Position numbers and translations under genes: made by a program. From contig JBNZDD010013708.1 of the NCBI GenBank assembly GCA_050575255.1, positions 4,866,810 through 4,930,809 of the forward strand: a stretch of 64,000 nucleotides of DNA, written 5' to 3'. The notes beneath the pieces are model-generated. The model worked only from the letters and a program-made list of their open reading frames with translations. It searched no databases and was not told where the DNA came from. Below, piece after piece: positions 60,801 to 64,000 of the stretch (position 1 is the first letter of the stretch; each line of letters begins with the position of its first letter). Source of the DNA: Harriotta raleighana. Lineage: Eukaryota.

Positions 60801-62701
60801 AGGCCTATAACTTGCAGAGCGATGTGAGTACTGTATTTATATCTCATTGAGAACTGTTTCATTCATTTTATCATTTGTAGTTTTAGATGACCCCACCTTC
60901 GGTGGATTGGGCATTCAGTGACTCTGCTCCAACCCTTTGGAACTCCATCCCACAGTCCCTTCCCTTACTTCTTTCAAGGCCCTTCTTTTCAAACATGTAT
61001 TCAGTCACCCTCATTCCCCCACTCTCTGTATCCCTACCCCGCATATTGAATTGATTTCACCCCTAATTTGAGCGCAAATCCTTGGCCATCCAGTGCCTTG
61101 GAACATCGTCCTGATGTGAAAGGCACTTTATAGATGTAATTTAGTGTTTAGACCATGAACTTTGATCAATTATGAATTGATTGTCAGATTGCTTTCTGAA
61201 AGTAATAAACCGTTCCCCTCCCCCCACCCCAAATAATAATAATTTGGTCATTTAATCCATGGACATTTGTGGGACTCCGTGCACAATTGGCTGTTGTGTT
61301 TTTGCCTACAAAAACACAGTTAATCTACTTTACAATATATTCTGTGAAGTGCTTTGAGATATCTGAACAACATGATAAGGCACTATATCAAATGCAAGCA
61401 TTATTTTTATTATTCCAATACATAAATACGGTTGAATTTTTGTCCCCAAATGGATCCAATGTTGTGTTTCTATGGGATTAATTTAACATGTGGGTAATTA
61501 TGGTTCAGAGTGTGACCTGTTTTGTTTGTTTTGTTTTAACCTGTTTTGTCTGTCAGTGGCTTTACAAGTCTGATCTAGAATGGATCCGCGGTTGCGGATG
61601 GTTGCCTCATGGATCCATTGACGTCAACAAAGTGAAGAAAGCCCAGGAGATCCTCAGTGAGCACCACTACCGTCAGCCTGTCGATCGGATCAAATTCACC
61701 AGCATCACTGATCTCCCCAGCATCGTCCTGGCTAAAACCAATGCAGAACAACAGAGCGATGTAAGACATTTTCATGCATTGTCTTTCACTCTCATAGAAG
61801 CAAGGAAAGGCTATGCTGCCCCTTGAGCCTGTTTGGCCATTTTATGATATCATGGCTTATCTCTACCTCAAGTCAACATATCCGCCCATGGCCCATATCC
61901 CTGACCTACCAAATATCTATCTTGAAAATGTGAATGGATTCAGCATCCCCTACCTTTTGGAGGAGAGAGTACCAGATTTTCACTACCCTCTGAGTGAGGA
62001 TCTGCCTTCTACTTTCACTCCTCAATGGCCTAGCTCCACTTTTAAGATTATTCCCCCTTGTTCTGGAATCACTGACAAGAGGAAATAGTTTCTCTCAATT
62101 GCTTTCTTCAAAAAATACAACAACCCTGTGTTCGACTCCCAAATATAATAATTGACTAAAACCAATACCTTTTCTGGTGACCATTCCATGAATATACTCA
62201 AACCCTCATTCTTGCACAGCTTCACTGGCTCCCCACCCCTCAGAGAATCGAGTGCAAAACTCTCGTTCTCACCTTCAAAGACCTCCGTGGTTTGATTTCT
62301 CCATACCTCTCCATTCTCCTAACCCCATAGCAGCCTATCGGCTCTGTCTGCTGGGTGGTCAACAGCATGCTTCAAGGCCTCCGCACTCCCCACCCCACGA
62401 ATGATGGTTGGGCATTCAGTATCTATTGACCCACACTCTGGAACTCTATCCCGCAATCCTCCACCTCCCCCCACTCTCTTGACTCCTTCAAGTCACTTAT
62501 CAAGACCTTCCTCTTCGACCACACTTAGGCGCTATACCAAATGCAAGGATTATTACTAATATAATTAACTATACCCATTGTTTTCCCCATCTGCAGCGTT
62601 TGTATCACAGTGCTTGGGAAAAAGACAAGACCTCAATTCACCTTCCAAATGATACCCCGGAAATGGTGCTGTCCAAGCAGAACGCTATCAACATCAGCTC
62701 G
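1260..62701 (+). CDS. NEB: Nebulin gene, partial multi-exon CDS (72 exons in window, both ends outside)
   Basis: Spliced exons give ~35-aa modules with SDxxYK at the junctions and W(L/F)KGIGW once per 7 modules. N-terminal peptides ([60 protein letters not shown]) match the vertebrate nebulin N-terminus. All exons are phase 0 with AG/GT ends. Confidence 0.97.
1580..2640 (-). mobile_element. CR1-type LINE, 5'-truncated (ORF2 C-terminus and 3' UTR)
   Basis: Minus-strand ORF 2075-2266 [37 protein letters not shown] is a typical CR1 ORF2 C-terminal motif. Confidence 0.9.
1852..2129. repeat. 139-bp perfect tandem duplication inside CR1
   Basis: 1852-1990 equals 1991-2129 (acgagtcactgatacgccc...cctctctagt). 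Confidence 0.9.
2965..3260 (-). mobile_element. CR1-family 3' end fragments
   Basis: acataagaacataagaat...gcaggagtatgccattcggcccctcgagcctg; reverse copy at 25240-25362. Confidence 0.65.
3898..3927 (+). CDS. NEB: NEB 30-nt microexon [11 protein letters not shown]
   Basis: tttttcttcgctgcaag acceptor, gttagg donor; paralogous to B and C. Confidence 0.7.
4856..4885 (+). CDS. NEB: NEB 30-nt microexon [11 protein letters not shown]
   Basis: tttttctttccaacaag acceptor, gtgaga donor. Confidence 0.75.
5205..5234 (+). CDS. NEB: NEB 30-nt microexon [11 protein letters not shown]
   Basis: ttctttcttactag acceptor, gtgaga donor. Confidence 0.75.
5325..5453 (+). CDS. NEB: NEB exon ...[33 protein letters not shown]
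   Basis: Nebulin N-terminal motif; three possible in-frame acceptors (5325/5331/5334); gtacag donor. Confidence 0.88.
5872..5979 (+). CDS. NEB: NEB exon 108 nt [36 protein letters not shown]
   Basis: tag / gtgagt; nebulin module. Confidence 0.95.
6590..6694 (+). CDS. NEB: NEB exon 105 nt [35 protein letters not shown]
   Basis: cag / gtaagt. Confidence 0.95.
7672..7905 (+). repeat. Unclassified dispersed repeat X, copy 1
   Basis: agactccag-agttacc...cattccaacaatctatctc...gggatttcc...agtttggtttgga...gtgatgggtttcc shared with copies at ~14790, 15440, 21275, 25465, 29920. Confidence 0.75.
7939..8043 (+). CDS. NEB: NEB exon 105 nt [35 protein letters not shown]
   Basis: cag / gtaagg. Confidence 0.95.
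8088..8487 (+). mobile_element. tRNA-derived SINE, near full length
   Basis: tRNA-like head with B-box-like gggtttgattcc, family core, (TTA)n tail. Confidence 0.85.
8550..8654 (+). CDS. NEB: NEB exon 105 nt [35 protein letters not shown]
   Basis: aag / gtgagt. Confidence 0.95.
8780..8875 (-). mobile_element. Penelope-type short repeat with degenerate hammerhead-like motif
   Basis: aaaacagaagtcgctgggaacaagcagcaggtcaggcagcatctatggagagag; related copies at 10782 and 13138. Confidence 0.55.
9186..9616 (+). mobile_element. L2-type LINE 3' fragment inserted in an old CR1 fragment
   Basis: [24 protein letters not shown]...[17 protein letters not shown]...[14 protein letters not shown] and (TTG)n tail; the flanks join into CR1 [12 protein letters not shown]|WSP. 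Confidence 0.85.
9975..10079 (+). CDS. NEB: NEB exon 105 nt [35 protein letters not shown]
   Basis: tag / gtaagt. Confidence 0.95.
10646..10747 (+). CDS. NEB: NEB exon 102 nt [34 protein letters not shown]
   Basis: cag / gtaagt. Confidence 0.95.
10782..10876 (-). mobile_element. Penelope-type short repeat with degenerate hammerhead-like motif
   Basis: Reverse complement reads GAGTT CTGACAA A ATATC ATT GACCT GAAA CG TT AACTC. Confidence 0.55.
11190..11515 (-). mobile_element. L2-type 3' fragment
   Basis: caacaacaacaaaattacatttgtatagcacctttcacgtc tail plus reverse similarity to 9186-9616. Confidence 0.7.
12399..12506 (+). CDS. NEB: NEB exon 108 nt [36 protein letters not shown]
   Basis: tag / gtaagt. 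Confidence 0.95.
12573..12931 (-). mobile_element. tRNA-derived SINE, full length, antisense
   Basis: Reverse complement of family consensus including head (gaatcaaacccgggtcctctcgcttgcgaggcgagcgcgctaaccact). Confidence 0.9.
12982..13098 (+). CDS. NEB: NEB exon 117 nt [39 protein letters not shown]
   Basis: tag / gtaagt. Confidence 0.95.
13138..13262 (-). mobile_element. Penelope-type short repeat with the most intact hammerhead-like motif (13200-13236)
   Basis: Reverse complement AGTT CTGACGA A AGGTC ATT GACCT GAAA AG TT AATT. Confidence 0.6.
13780..13881 (+). CDS. NEB: NEB exon 102 nt [34 protein letters not shown]
   Basis: cag / gtaagc. Confidence 0.95.
13995..14102 (+). CDS. NEB: NEB exon 108 nt [36 protein letters not shown]
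   Basis: cag / gtaagt. Confidence 0.95.
14562..14666 (+). CDS. NEB: NEB exon 105 nt [35 protein letters not shown]
   Basis: cag / gtgagt. Confidence 0.95.
14790..14962 (+). repeat. Dispersed repeat X, copy 2
   Basis: cagttacccccaacacacactctggggtt...attaggtaagcaggat...ccattcca...ctgggatttccatgtgtagg. Confidence 0.75.
15440..15760 (+). repeat. Dispersed repeat X, copy 3
   Basis: ccctaatgggtagggtggtc...agactccagcagttaccccaatgcacact...cttaagcatggtgatgagtttcc. Confidence 0.75.
15836..15934 (+). CDS. NEB: NEB exon 99 nt [33 protein letters not shown]
   Basis: cag / gtaagt. Confidence 0.95.
16700..17062 (+). mobile_element. tRNA-derived SINE, near full length
   Basis: gggttcgattccc B-box, family core and tail. 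Confidence 0.85.
17160..17264 (+). CDS. NEB: NEB exon 105 nt [35 protein letters not shown]
   Basis: cag / gtaagt. Confidence 0.95.
17281..17380. repeat. (CCCT/CATT) low-complexity tract
   Basis: repeated ccctccctcattccctccc. Confidence 0.8.
17375..17722 (+). mobile_element. tRNA-derived SINE
   Basis: family head, core and tail. Confidence 0.88.
18358..18465 (+). CDS. NEB: NEB exon 108 nt [36 protein letters not shown]
   Basis: tag / gtaagt. Confidence 0.93.
19091..19204 (+). CDS. NEB: NEB exon 114 nt [38 protein letters not shown]
   Basis: cag / gtgagt. Confidence 0.95.
19290..19403 (+). mobile_element. Older DeuSINE (SacSINE1/AmnSINE1-like) fragment
   Basis: ctgcattgtcagaggtgccgccctttgagtgagatgttaaaccagaggtcttgtctg...caggtggacattaaagaccc resembles the Deu-domain consensus as recalled. 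Confidence 0.65.
19556..19750 (-). mobile_element. tRNA-derived SINE 3' half, antisense
   Basis: catctcaaagcgcttcacagaatata...cacaaacagtcgtggattgagtga. Confidence 0.8.
19859..20056 (+). CDS. NEB: NEB exon 198 nt [20 protein letters not shown]...KKAYGLQSD
   Basis: cag / gtgagt; two modules. Confidence 0.95.
20160..20515 (+). mobile_element. CR1-type LINE 3' fragment
   Basis: gatagagtagacggggaaactgtttcctctggtgggt...agaggacacagatttaag...gagccggcacaggcacgatggactgaatg; similar copy at 59740-60040. Confidence 0.75.
20865..20972 (+). CDS. NEB: NEB exon 108 nt [36 protein letters not shown]
   Basis: cag / gtaagt; WxKGxGW motif. Confidence 0.95.
21275..21450 (+). repeat. Dispersed repeat X, copy 4
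   Basis: ccttggctcttgccaacc...ggattaggtaaacaggatgc...gcattccattccaacaatctatct...cttaaacatggtgat. Confidence 0.75.
22123..22221 (+). CDS. NEB: NEB exon 99 nt [33 protein letters not shown]
   Basis: cag / gtaagt. Confidence 0.95.
22992..23096 (+). CDS. NEB: NEB exon 105 nt [35 protein letters not shown]
   Basis: tag / gtaagt. Confidence 0.94.
23880..24230 (+). mobile_element. tRNA-derived SINE, full length
   Basis: gagtggctagagcactcgcc...gggttcgctaccc head, core, tail. Confidence 0.88.
24394..24501 (+). CDS. NEB: NEB exon 108 nt [36 protein letters not shown]
   Basis: cag / gtaagt. Confidence 0.95.
24640..24891 (+). mobile_element. tRNA-derived SINE 3' part with long (TTA)n tail abutting an acceptor
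   Basis: core and about ten TTA units ending 13 nt before exon 24905. Confidence 0.85.
24905..25216 (+). CDS. NEB: NEB exon 312 nt [25 protein letters not shown]...MNIQSD
   Basis: cag / gtaagt; three modules. Confidence 0.96.
25465..25860 (+). repeat. Dispersed repeat X, copy 5 (interrupted by an L2-tail fragment at ~25568-25635)
   Basis: ccctaatgggtaggatggtcc...cagttaccccaatgcacactctgggg...cattccattccaacaa...cttaagcacagagatgggtttc. Confidence 0.75.
26246..26452 (+). CDS. NEB: NEB exon 207 nt [16 protein letters not shown]...LQLND
   Basis: aag / gtaagt. Confidence 0.95.
27169..27273 (+). CDS. NEB: NEB exon 105 nt [35 protein letters not shown]
   Basis: cag / gtaagg. Confidence 0.95.
27736..27843 (+). 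CDS. NEB: NEB exon 108 nt [36 protein letters not shown]
   Basis: cag / gtaagt. Confidence 0.95.
28455..29120 (-). mobile_element. CR1-type 3' fragment inserted in a + strand SINE (28200-28455, resumes 29125-29170)
   Basis: aacataggaacaggagaaggctattcagccc end; cactgaacacagtattccagatggggtctgactaa is the reverse of an [11 protein letters not shown]-like motif. Confidence 0.78.
29259..29570 (+). CDS. NEB: NEB exon 312 nt [16 protein letters not shown]...MNIQSD
   Basis: cag / gtaagt. Confidence 0.96.
29920..30190 (+). repeat. Dispersed repeat X, copy 6
   Basis: agactccagcagttaccccaatgcacactctgagg...attaggtaagcagaatgc...tatggtgatgggtttcc. Confidence 0.78.
30343..30549 (+). CDS. NEB: NEB exon 207 nt [16 protein letters not shown]...KQLSD
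   Basis: cag / gtaagt. Confidence 0.95.
31255..32090. mobile_element. Nested SINEs: + copy interrupted by a full-length - copy (~31700-31995), with tandem duplication 31392-31569/31570-31731
   Basis: + SINE breaks at cactttacaata and resumes at caatatattctgtgaag (~32014); inverted SINE in between. Confidence 0.8.
32139..32243 (+). CDS. NEB: NEB exon 105 nt [35 protein letters not shown]
   Basis: cag / gtacgt. Confidence 0.94.
32354..32461 (+). CDS. NEB: NEB exon 108 nt [36 protein letters not shown]
   Basis: aag / gtgagt. Confidence 0.95.
32722..33086 (+). mobile_element. tRNA-derived SINE, full length
   Basis: head, core, tail. Confidence 0.88.
33161..33472 (+). CDS. NEB: NEB exon 312 nt [16 protein letters not shown]...MNIQSD
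   Basis: cag / gtaagg. Confidence 0.96.
33560..33945 (+). mobile_element. tRNA-derived SINE, full length
   Basis: gtagtggttagc A-box-like, ggttcaattccc B-box-like, tail. Confidence 0.85.
34013..34219 (+). CDS. NEB: NEB exon 207 nt [16 protein letters not shown]...DNMNK
   Basis: cag / gtgggt. Confidence 0.95.
34685..34789 (+). CDS. NEB: NEB exon 105 nt [35 protein letters not shown]
   Basis: cag / gtatgt. Confidence 0.95.
35221..35328 (+). CDS. NEB: NEB exon 108 nt [36 protein letters not shown]
   Basis: tag / gtaagt. Confidence 0.95.
35807..36118 (+). CDS. NEB: NEB exon 312 nt [25 protein letters not shown]...MNIQSD
   Basis: cag / gtaagt. Confidence 0.96.
37113..37319 (+). CDS. NEB: NEB exon 207 nt [16 protein letters not shown]...QIMNA
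   Basis: cag / gtaagt. Confidence 0.95.
37375..37500. repeat. AT-rich low-complexity tract
   Basis: degenerate (ATAAT)n. Confidence 0.75.
37583..37687 (+). CDS. NEB: NEB exon 105 nt [35 protein letters not shown]
   Basis: cag / gtaaga. Confidence 0.95.
38436..38543 (+). CDS. NEB: NEB exon 108 nt [36 protein letters not shown]
   Basis: cag / gtaagt. Confidence 0.95.
38575..38935 (+). mobile_element. Older DeuSINE-like element
   Basis: ccttcagataagatattaaactgaggtcccatctg...ggtggacatttagagatc...gggagtttctcccagtgacctggtc...attggctgctgtgtt. Confidence 0.6.
39326..39637 (+). CDS. NEB: NEB exon 312 nt [16 protein letters not shown]...MAIQSD
   Basis: cag / gtaaga. Confidence 0.96.
40400..40603 (+). 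CDS. NEB: NEB exon 204 nt [15 protein letters not shown]...EAMKK
   Basis: cag / gtaggg; canonical WLKGIGW. Confidence 0.95.
40700..41030 (+). mobile_element. tRNA-derived SINE
   Basis: head, core, tail. Confidence 0.82.
41153..41257 (+). CDS. NEB: NEB exon 105 nt [35 protein letters not shown]
   Basis: cag / gtaagg. Confidence 0.95.
41364..41471 (+). CDS. NEB: NEB exon 108 nt [36 protein letters not shown]
   Basis: cag / gtaagt. Confidence 0.95.
42226..42537 (+). CDS. NEB: NEB exon 312 nt [16 protein letters not shown]...[22 protein letters not shown]
   Basis: cag / gtgagt. Confidence 0.96.
42863..43066 (+). CDS. NEB: NEB exon 204 nt [15 protein letters not shown]...LLMNK
   Basis: cag / gtaaga. 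Confidence 0.95.
43986..44090 (+). CDS. NEB: NEB exon 105 nt [35 protein letters not shown]
   Basis: cag / gtaagt. Confidence 0.95.
45066..45173 (+). CDS. NEB: NEB exon 108 nt [36 protein letters not shown]
   Basis: cag / gtacgt. Confidence 0.94.
45272..45583 (+). CDS. NEB: NEB exon 312 nt [16 protein letters not shown]...AYNLQSD
   Basis: cag / gtaagt. Confidence 0.96.
47095..47298 (+). CDS. NEB: NEB exon 204 nt [15 protein letters not shown]...QMMNK
   Basis: cag / gtaaga. Confidence 0.95.
48016..48120 (+). CDS. NEB: NEB exon 105 nt [35 protein letters not shown]
   Basis: cag / gtaagt. Confidence 0.95.
48940..49047 (+). CDS. NEB: NEB exon 108 nt [36 protein letters not shown]
   Basis: cag / gtacgt. 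Confidence 0.94.
49146..49457 (+). CDS. NEB: NEB exon 312 nt [16 protein letters not shown]...AYDLQSD
   Basis: cag / gtgagt. Confidence 0.96.
49893..50096 (+). CDS. NEB: NEB exon 204 nt [15 protein letters not shown]...QNMDK
   Basis: cag / gtagaa. Confidence 0.94.
50403..50469. repeat. 22-bp unit x3 (caatcctgctgctttactcccc) inside an old L2 fragment (~50220-50635)
   Basis: read directly. Confidence 0.85.
50686..50790 (+). CDS. NEB: NEB exon 105 nt [35 protein letters not shown]
   Basis: tag / gtaaga. Confidence 0.95.
50880..51295 (+). mobile_element. Older DeuSINE (SacSINE1-like), near full length
   Basis: ggtagcactctgacctgtgaggcgaaaggttgtgaattcaa head, gtgccatccttcagatgagatgttagactgag, gcgggatattgttctgtgcaaattgtctgccgcgtt. 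Confidence 0.7.
51476..51583 (+). CDS. NEB: NEB exon 108 nt [36 protein letters not shown]
   Basis: cag / gtaagt. Confidence 0.95.
52138..52449 (+). CDS. NEB: NEB exon 312 nt [16 protein letters not shown]...AYNLQSD
   Basis: cag / gtgagt. Confidence 0.96.
53199..53402 (+). CDS. NEB: NEB exon 204 nt [15 protein letters not shown]...QLLNQ
   Basis: cag / gtaagt. Confidence 0.95.
53450..53800 (+). mobile_element. tRNA-derived SINE, full length
   Basis: head, core, tail. Confidence 0.88.
53966..54070 (+). CDS. NEB: NEB exon 105 nt [35 protein letters not shown]
   Basis: cag / gtttgt. Confidence 0.93.
54650..54757 (+). CDS. NEB: NEB exon 108 nt [36 protein letters not shown]
   Basis: cag / gtaagt. 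Confidence 0.95.
54848..55159 (+). CDS. NEB: NEB exon 312 nt [16 protein letters not shown]...AYDLQSD
   Basis: cag / gtgagt. Confidence 0.96.
55968..56171 (+). CDS. NEB: NEB exon 204 nt [15 protein letters not shown]...QNMDK (appears identical to 49893-50096)
   Basis: cag / gtagaa. Confidence 0.92.
56281..56385 (+). CDS. NEB: NEB exon 105 nt [35 protein letters not shown]
   Basis: cag / gtaaga. Confidence 0.95.
57105..57400 (-). mobile_element. L2-type 3' fragment
   Basis: caacaacaacaaaattatatttgtacagcgcctttcacgtc tail; gatggaattccaaagattgggggcagagtggctgaagg. Confidence 0.75.
57635..57742 (+). CDS. NEB: NEB exon 108 nt [36 protein letters not shown]
   Basis: cag / gtaagt. Confidence 0.95.
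58470..58781 (+). CDS. NEB: NEB exon 312 nt [16 protein letters not shown]...AYELQSD
   Basis: cag / gtaagt. Confidence 0.96.
59177..59380 (+). CDS. NEB: NEB exon 204 nt [15 protein letters not shown]...QQLNK
   Basis: aag / gtgagt. Confidence 0.95.
60106..60210 (+). CDS. NEB: NEB exon 105 nt [35 protein letters not shown]
   Basis: cag / gtaaca. Confidence 0.95.
60307..60414 (+). CDS. NEB: NEB exon 108 nt [36 protein letters not shown]
   Basis: tag / gtaagg. Confidence 0.94.
60512..60823 (+). CDS. NEB: NEB exon 312 nt [16 protein letters not shown]...AYNLQSD
   Basis: cag / gtgagt. Confidence 0.96.
61170..61413 (+). mobile_element. tRNA-derived SINE 3' part
   Basis: core and tail. Confidence 0.8.
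61557..61760 (+). CDS. NEB: NEB exon 204 nt [15 protein letters not shown]...EQQSD
   Basis: cag / gtaaga. Confidence 0.95.
62597..62701 (+). CDS. NEB: NEB exon 105 nt [35 protein letters not shown]
   Basis: cag / gtaaga. Confidence 0.95.
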
Positions 62702-62720
62702 GTAAGAAACACACAACAGC

Positions 62721-63181
62721 GTCTCCCAGAGGAATGAATTCAAGATCCTCATCCTTACCTACAAGGCTATTCACGGCCTTGCTCCTTCCTACCTCTCCGA
62801 CCTACTATCCCCCTATCTACCTGCCCGTATTCTCCGTTCCTCTGGCTCTGGTCTGCTCCACATCCCCTGCCCCAACCGTCCTACCATTGGCGGCCGGGCT
62901 TTCAGCCACTCAGCCCCCAGGCTCTGGAACTCCATCCCCCAGTGCCTTCGCCTCGCTTCCCCCCTTTCCTCTTTCAAGGCCGGTCTCAAGACCTTTCTCT
63001 TCGACCGTGTCTTCAGCTCCCCTCTCGAGTCTCTACCCCCTCCTTGCTCCCACCCTCCCCCCCCCTCGCCCTGAACATTTCCCCCTGCTTGGGTCTTAAA
63101 CCAACTGTCCAGCGCCTTGGGACGTCCTCCTGACGTGAAATGCACTCTATAAATGCGATTTTGTTGTTGTTGTTGTTGTTG
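62721..63181 (+). mobile_element. Young L2-type LINE 3' fragment
   Basis: [46 protein letters not shown]...[18 protein letters not shown]...LKTFLFDRVF, (TTG)n tail; highly similar to 9186-9616. Confidence 0.88.
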
Positions 63182-64000
63182 ACAACTTACATTTATATAG
63201 CGGTAGGGAAATCTAGAGATCGGGGCAGAGAATCCAAAAGCTCAGCCAGCAACAGTGACACAAATAAGTGATTCAGGATGAAGGGTACACACAGAATTAA
63301 CTGAGTGGAGTGGTAAAGCAGAGGACAGGAGTGAGAGAAGATAGGCAAGATTGAGGATATGAAGGGATGAGAGTGAAGACCTTGAAATCAATCTTCTTGG
63401 AGCTATTGGATTGCAGTGAAGGTAGAGTGATGGACATGTAGAGTTTGGTGAGGGTGCAGGTGGAAGAGTTTGGGATAAGTGGGACTTTATGGATGGTGAT
63501 GCTAGGGAGAACAGCGAGCTAATTGAAAAGCCCAGGCAACAGCAACAACAACTTGCAATTATACAGCACTCCTCATGCTGGGTAGCGTCACAGAGTAGCT
63601 TGATAGTGGCGGAGCCTGAAGCCGAATCGGGGGGGGTGGGGGTGGGGGGGGTGGGGGTGGGGGGGGAGGTGACTGTAAGCATAGTTGAAGAGGAAGGAGG
63701 GGGCAAGATGGAGAAATACAGGGATAGAGTTTCAGAGTTTCATGGGGTAGTGGGTGAAAGTGTGGCTGCCAATAATAGAATGGAGGGCATGAAAAACAGG
63801 CAGGTGGATCGAGCCAGTCGAGCTGAGGCAATTAGTAGTGGGTTGTGGAGTAAGCAGGCTGGAGAGGTGAGCAGGTGCCAGGGCATGAAGGAATTTGGAG
63901 TGTGAGGAGGAGGTAGGTAAGGTATAGATATCCATCCATCCTTTGTAGTTGAAGAAGATCCTGTAATATCAGAATATCTTTTATTACCAATCAGATGTTC

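Noticed and set aside
63242-63935. Pro/Gly-rich ORFs of 138-154 aa
   Set aside because: Arise from G-runs and decayed antisense L2 fragments.
1-64000. CRISPR array, operon or prokaryotic defence system; LASP/NRAP/nebulette as alternative gene calls
   Set aside because: The periodicity is spliceosomal exon repetition in a vertebrate gene. The N-terminal peptides, absence of a LIM domain and more than 13 super-repeats fit nebulin rather than NRAP, NEBL or LASP.

Overview
Eukaryotic (vertebrate) genomic DNA. The repeat content (SacSINE1/DeuSINE-like SINEs, shark-type CR1 and L2 3' ends, Penelope-type fragments) suggests a cartilaginous fish, possibly a chimaera; this is an inference. The whole window lies inside one + strand gene, nebulin (NEB). 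I read 72 phase-0 GT-AG exons from 1260 to 62701. They cover the acidic N-terminus, the first simple modules and about 13 super-repeats with a 105/108/312/204-207 nt exon period (SDxxYK and WLKGIGW motifs). The ATG exon and the 3' part of the gene lie outside the window. Introns are filled with a tRNA-derived SINE that is strongly sense-biased, CR1 and L2 fragments, an unclassified ~250-400 bp repeat, and three Penelope-type fragments carrying minimal hammerhead-like motifs on the antisense strand. Most notable: three paralogous 30-nt N-terminal microexons; exon-restricted concerted evolution of the 312-nt exons; intragenic super-repeat duplications, one with a two-super-repeat period next to an unresolved gap; and a single copy of an exon block I recall as duplicated in human NEB. 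Seven single-N gaps with flanking overlaps are assembly features. Exon coordinates were counted by hand, repeat boundaries are approximate, and comparisons with human NEB are from memory.
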